Below are positions 52,485 to 53,523 of a stretch of 53,523 nucleotides of DNA, piece by piece. The position numbers and the translations under genes were made by a program. The notes under the pieces were generated by a model, which saw only the letters and a list, made by a program, of their open reading frames with translations, made no database searches and was not told the DNA's origin. The number at the start of each line of letters is the position of its first letter. The first letter of the stretch is position 1. Origin of the DNA: Deltaproteobacteria bacterium (lineage in GTDB: Bacteria; Desulfobacterota; GWC2-55-46; DRQE01); contig JACRCI010000032.1 of NCBI GenBank assembly GCA_016219105.1, forward strand, positions 1 through 53,523, written 5' to 3'.

Positions 52485-53523
52485 ATGGCTGAAAATGCGA
52501 TATCGGAAGGTTTTCGCGGGAAAGGTGGTTTGTCCGCCGCTCCCTCTCGTTTGAATTTACGGTACCACTGGGAACGTTACCGGAATTTAAAACTCAACCG
52601 AAAGGAGTTCAGGGAGCGCAAAACTCATCTCGAATCCTATCCCTCCATAGCCTATTTCGACGCGACCAACATCTGCCCGCTTTCCTGCCCGCTTTGTCCG
52701 ACCGGGCAGAAGGACGGCGGTGCGCCGCGCGGGACAATGACCATGGAGACGTTCAAGCGCATCTATGACGAGGTTGGGCCGTATCTCTACGAGCTGCACC
52801 TTTACAACTGGGGCGAGCCGCTTTTGAACCGTGGCCTCGTGGACATGATCAGATACGCGAAAAAAGACTATAATCCCAACATCGTAATCTCCACCACCCT
52901 TTCGAAAATCCCGCGCGAATGGGCCCTTGAGGTGATGCGCTCCGGAGTTGACATGATAAGCGTTTCAATAGACGGGGCAACGCAGGAGACCTACGGTAAA
53001 TACAGGGTGGGCGGCAGGTTCGACGAGGTCATCGGGACGCTGAGTTACATCTCTGGGGTCAAAAAGGCGGAGGGCCTCAAAAAGCCTCGTCTGAGGTGGC
53101 AGTTCATCCCGATGAAGCACAACGAAAAGGAGATAGAAGCCGCGCGCAAACGGGCCGCCGAGATAGGGGTCGAGTTCCGCACCCACCGCGTCAGGATAAA
53201 CGTCAGTTCGTTTGATAACAAGGACTTAAGCTCGCTCGTCGCGGAGAACCGCGACTGGCTGCCTGAAAACCCCAAATACATACGCTACGGTAAAAAGCAG
53301 CAGAGGCCCGTCTGTAAATACCTGTGGGACAGGGTGGTGTTCAACTGGGACGGCTCGGTCGCGCCGTGCTGCAAGATATACAACCGCGCGGACAGTTTCG
53401 CTGAAGCGGTCAGGGGGGATTTTATGGAGATATGGAACGCAGCCTCCTACGTAAAGGCGAGGGAAATATTTAACGGAAAGCAGGCGGATAAAGGTTTCGT
53501 GTGCCAGCGGTGCGTTGACCACA
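52485..53523 (+). CDS. radical SAM protein with SPASM/twitch-like C-terminus, paralogue 3 (3' end beyond window; absent from the supplied ORF track)
   Basis: Own translation from the ATG at 52485: MAENAISEGF...SIAYFDATNICPLSCPLCPTGQ...NWGEPLLN...VSIDGATQETY...VCKYLWDRVVFNWDGSVAPCCKIYN...FVCQRCVDH. The frame stays open to the last base. Confidence 0.8.
   Translation, partial: MAENAISEGFRGKGGLSAAPSRLNLRYHWERYRNLKLNRKEFRERKTHLESYPSIAYFDATNICPLSCPLCPTGQKDGGAPRGTMTMETFKRIYDEVGPYLYELHLYNWGEPLLNRGLVDMIRYAKKDYNPNIVISTTLSKIPREWALEVMRSGVDMISVSIDGATQETYGKYRVGGRFDEVIGTLSYISGVKKAEGLKKPRLRWQFIPMKHNEKEIEAARKRAAEIGVEFRTHRVRINVSSFDNKDLSSLVAENRDWLPENPKYIRYGKKQQRPVCKYLWDRVVFNWDGSVAPCCKIYNRADSFAEAVRGDFMEIWNAASYVKAREIFNGKQADKGFVCQRCVDH

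Overview
Moderately GC-rich chromosomal window from a diderm (outer-membrane-bearing) bacterium, mostly tightly packed housekeeping operons. Left to right: the 3' end of an IS3-family element and a small accessory patch (beta-barrel OMP, XRE regulator, M23 peptidase remnant, 32-nt perfect palindrome). Then smc, a lone Roadblock/LC7 gene, a half-size TSUP transporter and aroD. Then gap-pgk-tpiA-secG-tRNA-Leu(GAG), followed by an AT-richer single-gene insertion bounded by integron attC-type core sites. Next is an ~18-kb uninterrupted minus-strand gene train: FAD oxidoreductase, trmJ, hemE-hemH-hemY, an 8-gene glycan-modification operon ending in wecE, and macA-macB-tolC efflux. Then htpX, def-fmt-DUF116, iscR-nifS/iscS-iscU and mnmA-mtaB-rnc. 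Last is a plus-strand LPS core/lipid A locus: two GT9 heptosyltransferases, gmhB, PAP2 phosphatase, GT2, flippase-like protein, Trm112-like ORF, LpxL-type acyltransferase, a methyltransferase and two GT4-type transferases. I found no CRISPR array, prophage or recognisable defence system. The best candidate for undescribed biology is three paralogous radical-SAM/SPASM-type genes, two of them translationally coupled to a WaaC-like GT9 gene inside the LPS core locus. One of the three is absent from the supplied ORF track because it runs off the window end. The second notable signal is a 21-nt hairpin repeat present in spacers and also inserted in-frame in four unrelated genes, read in four different frames. 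Several MITE-like repeat families fill most of the longer spacers. All calls rest on motif recognition by eye; no searches were run.
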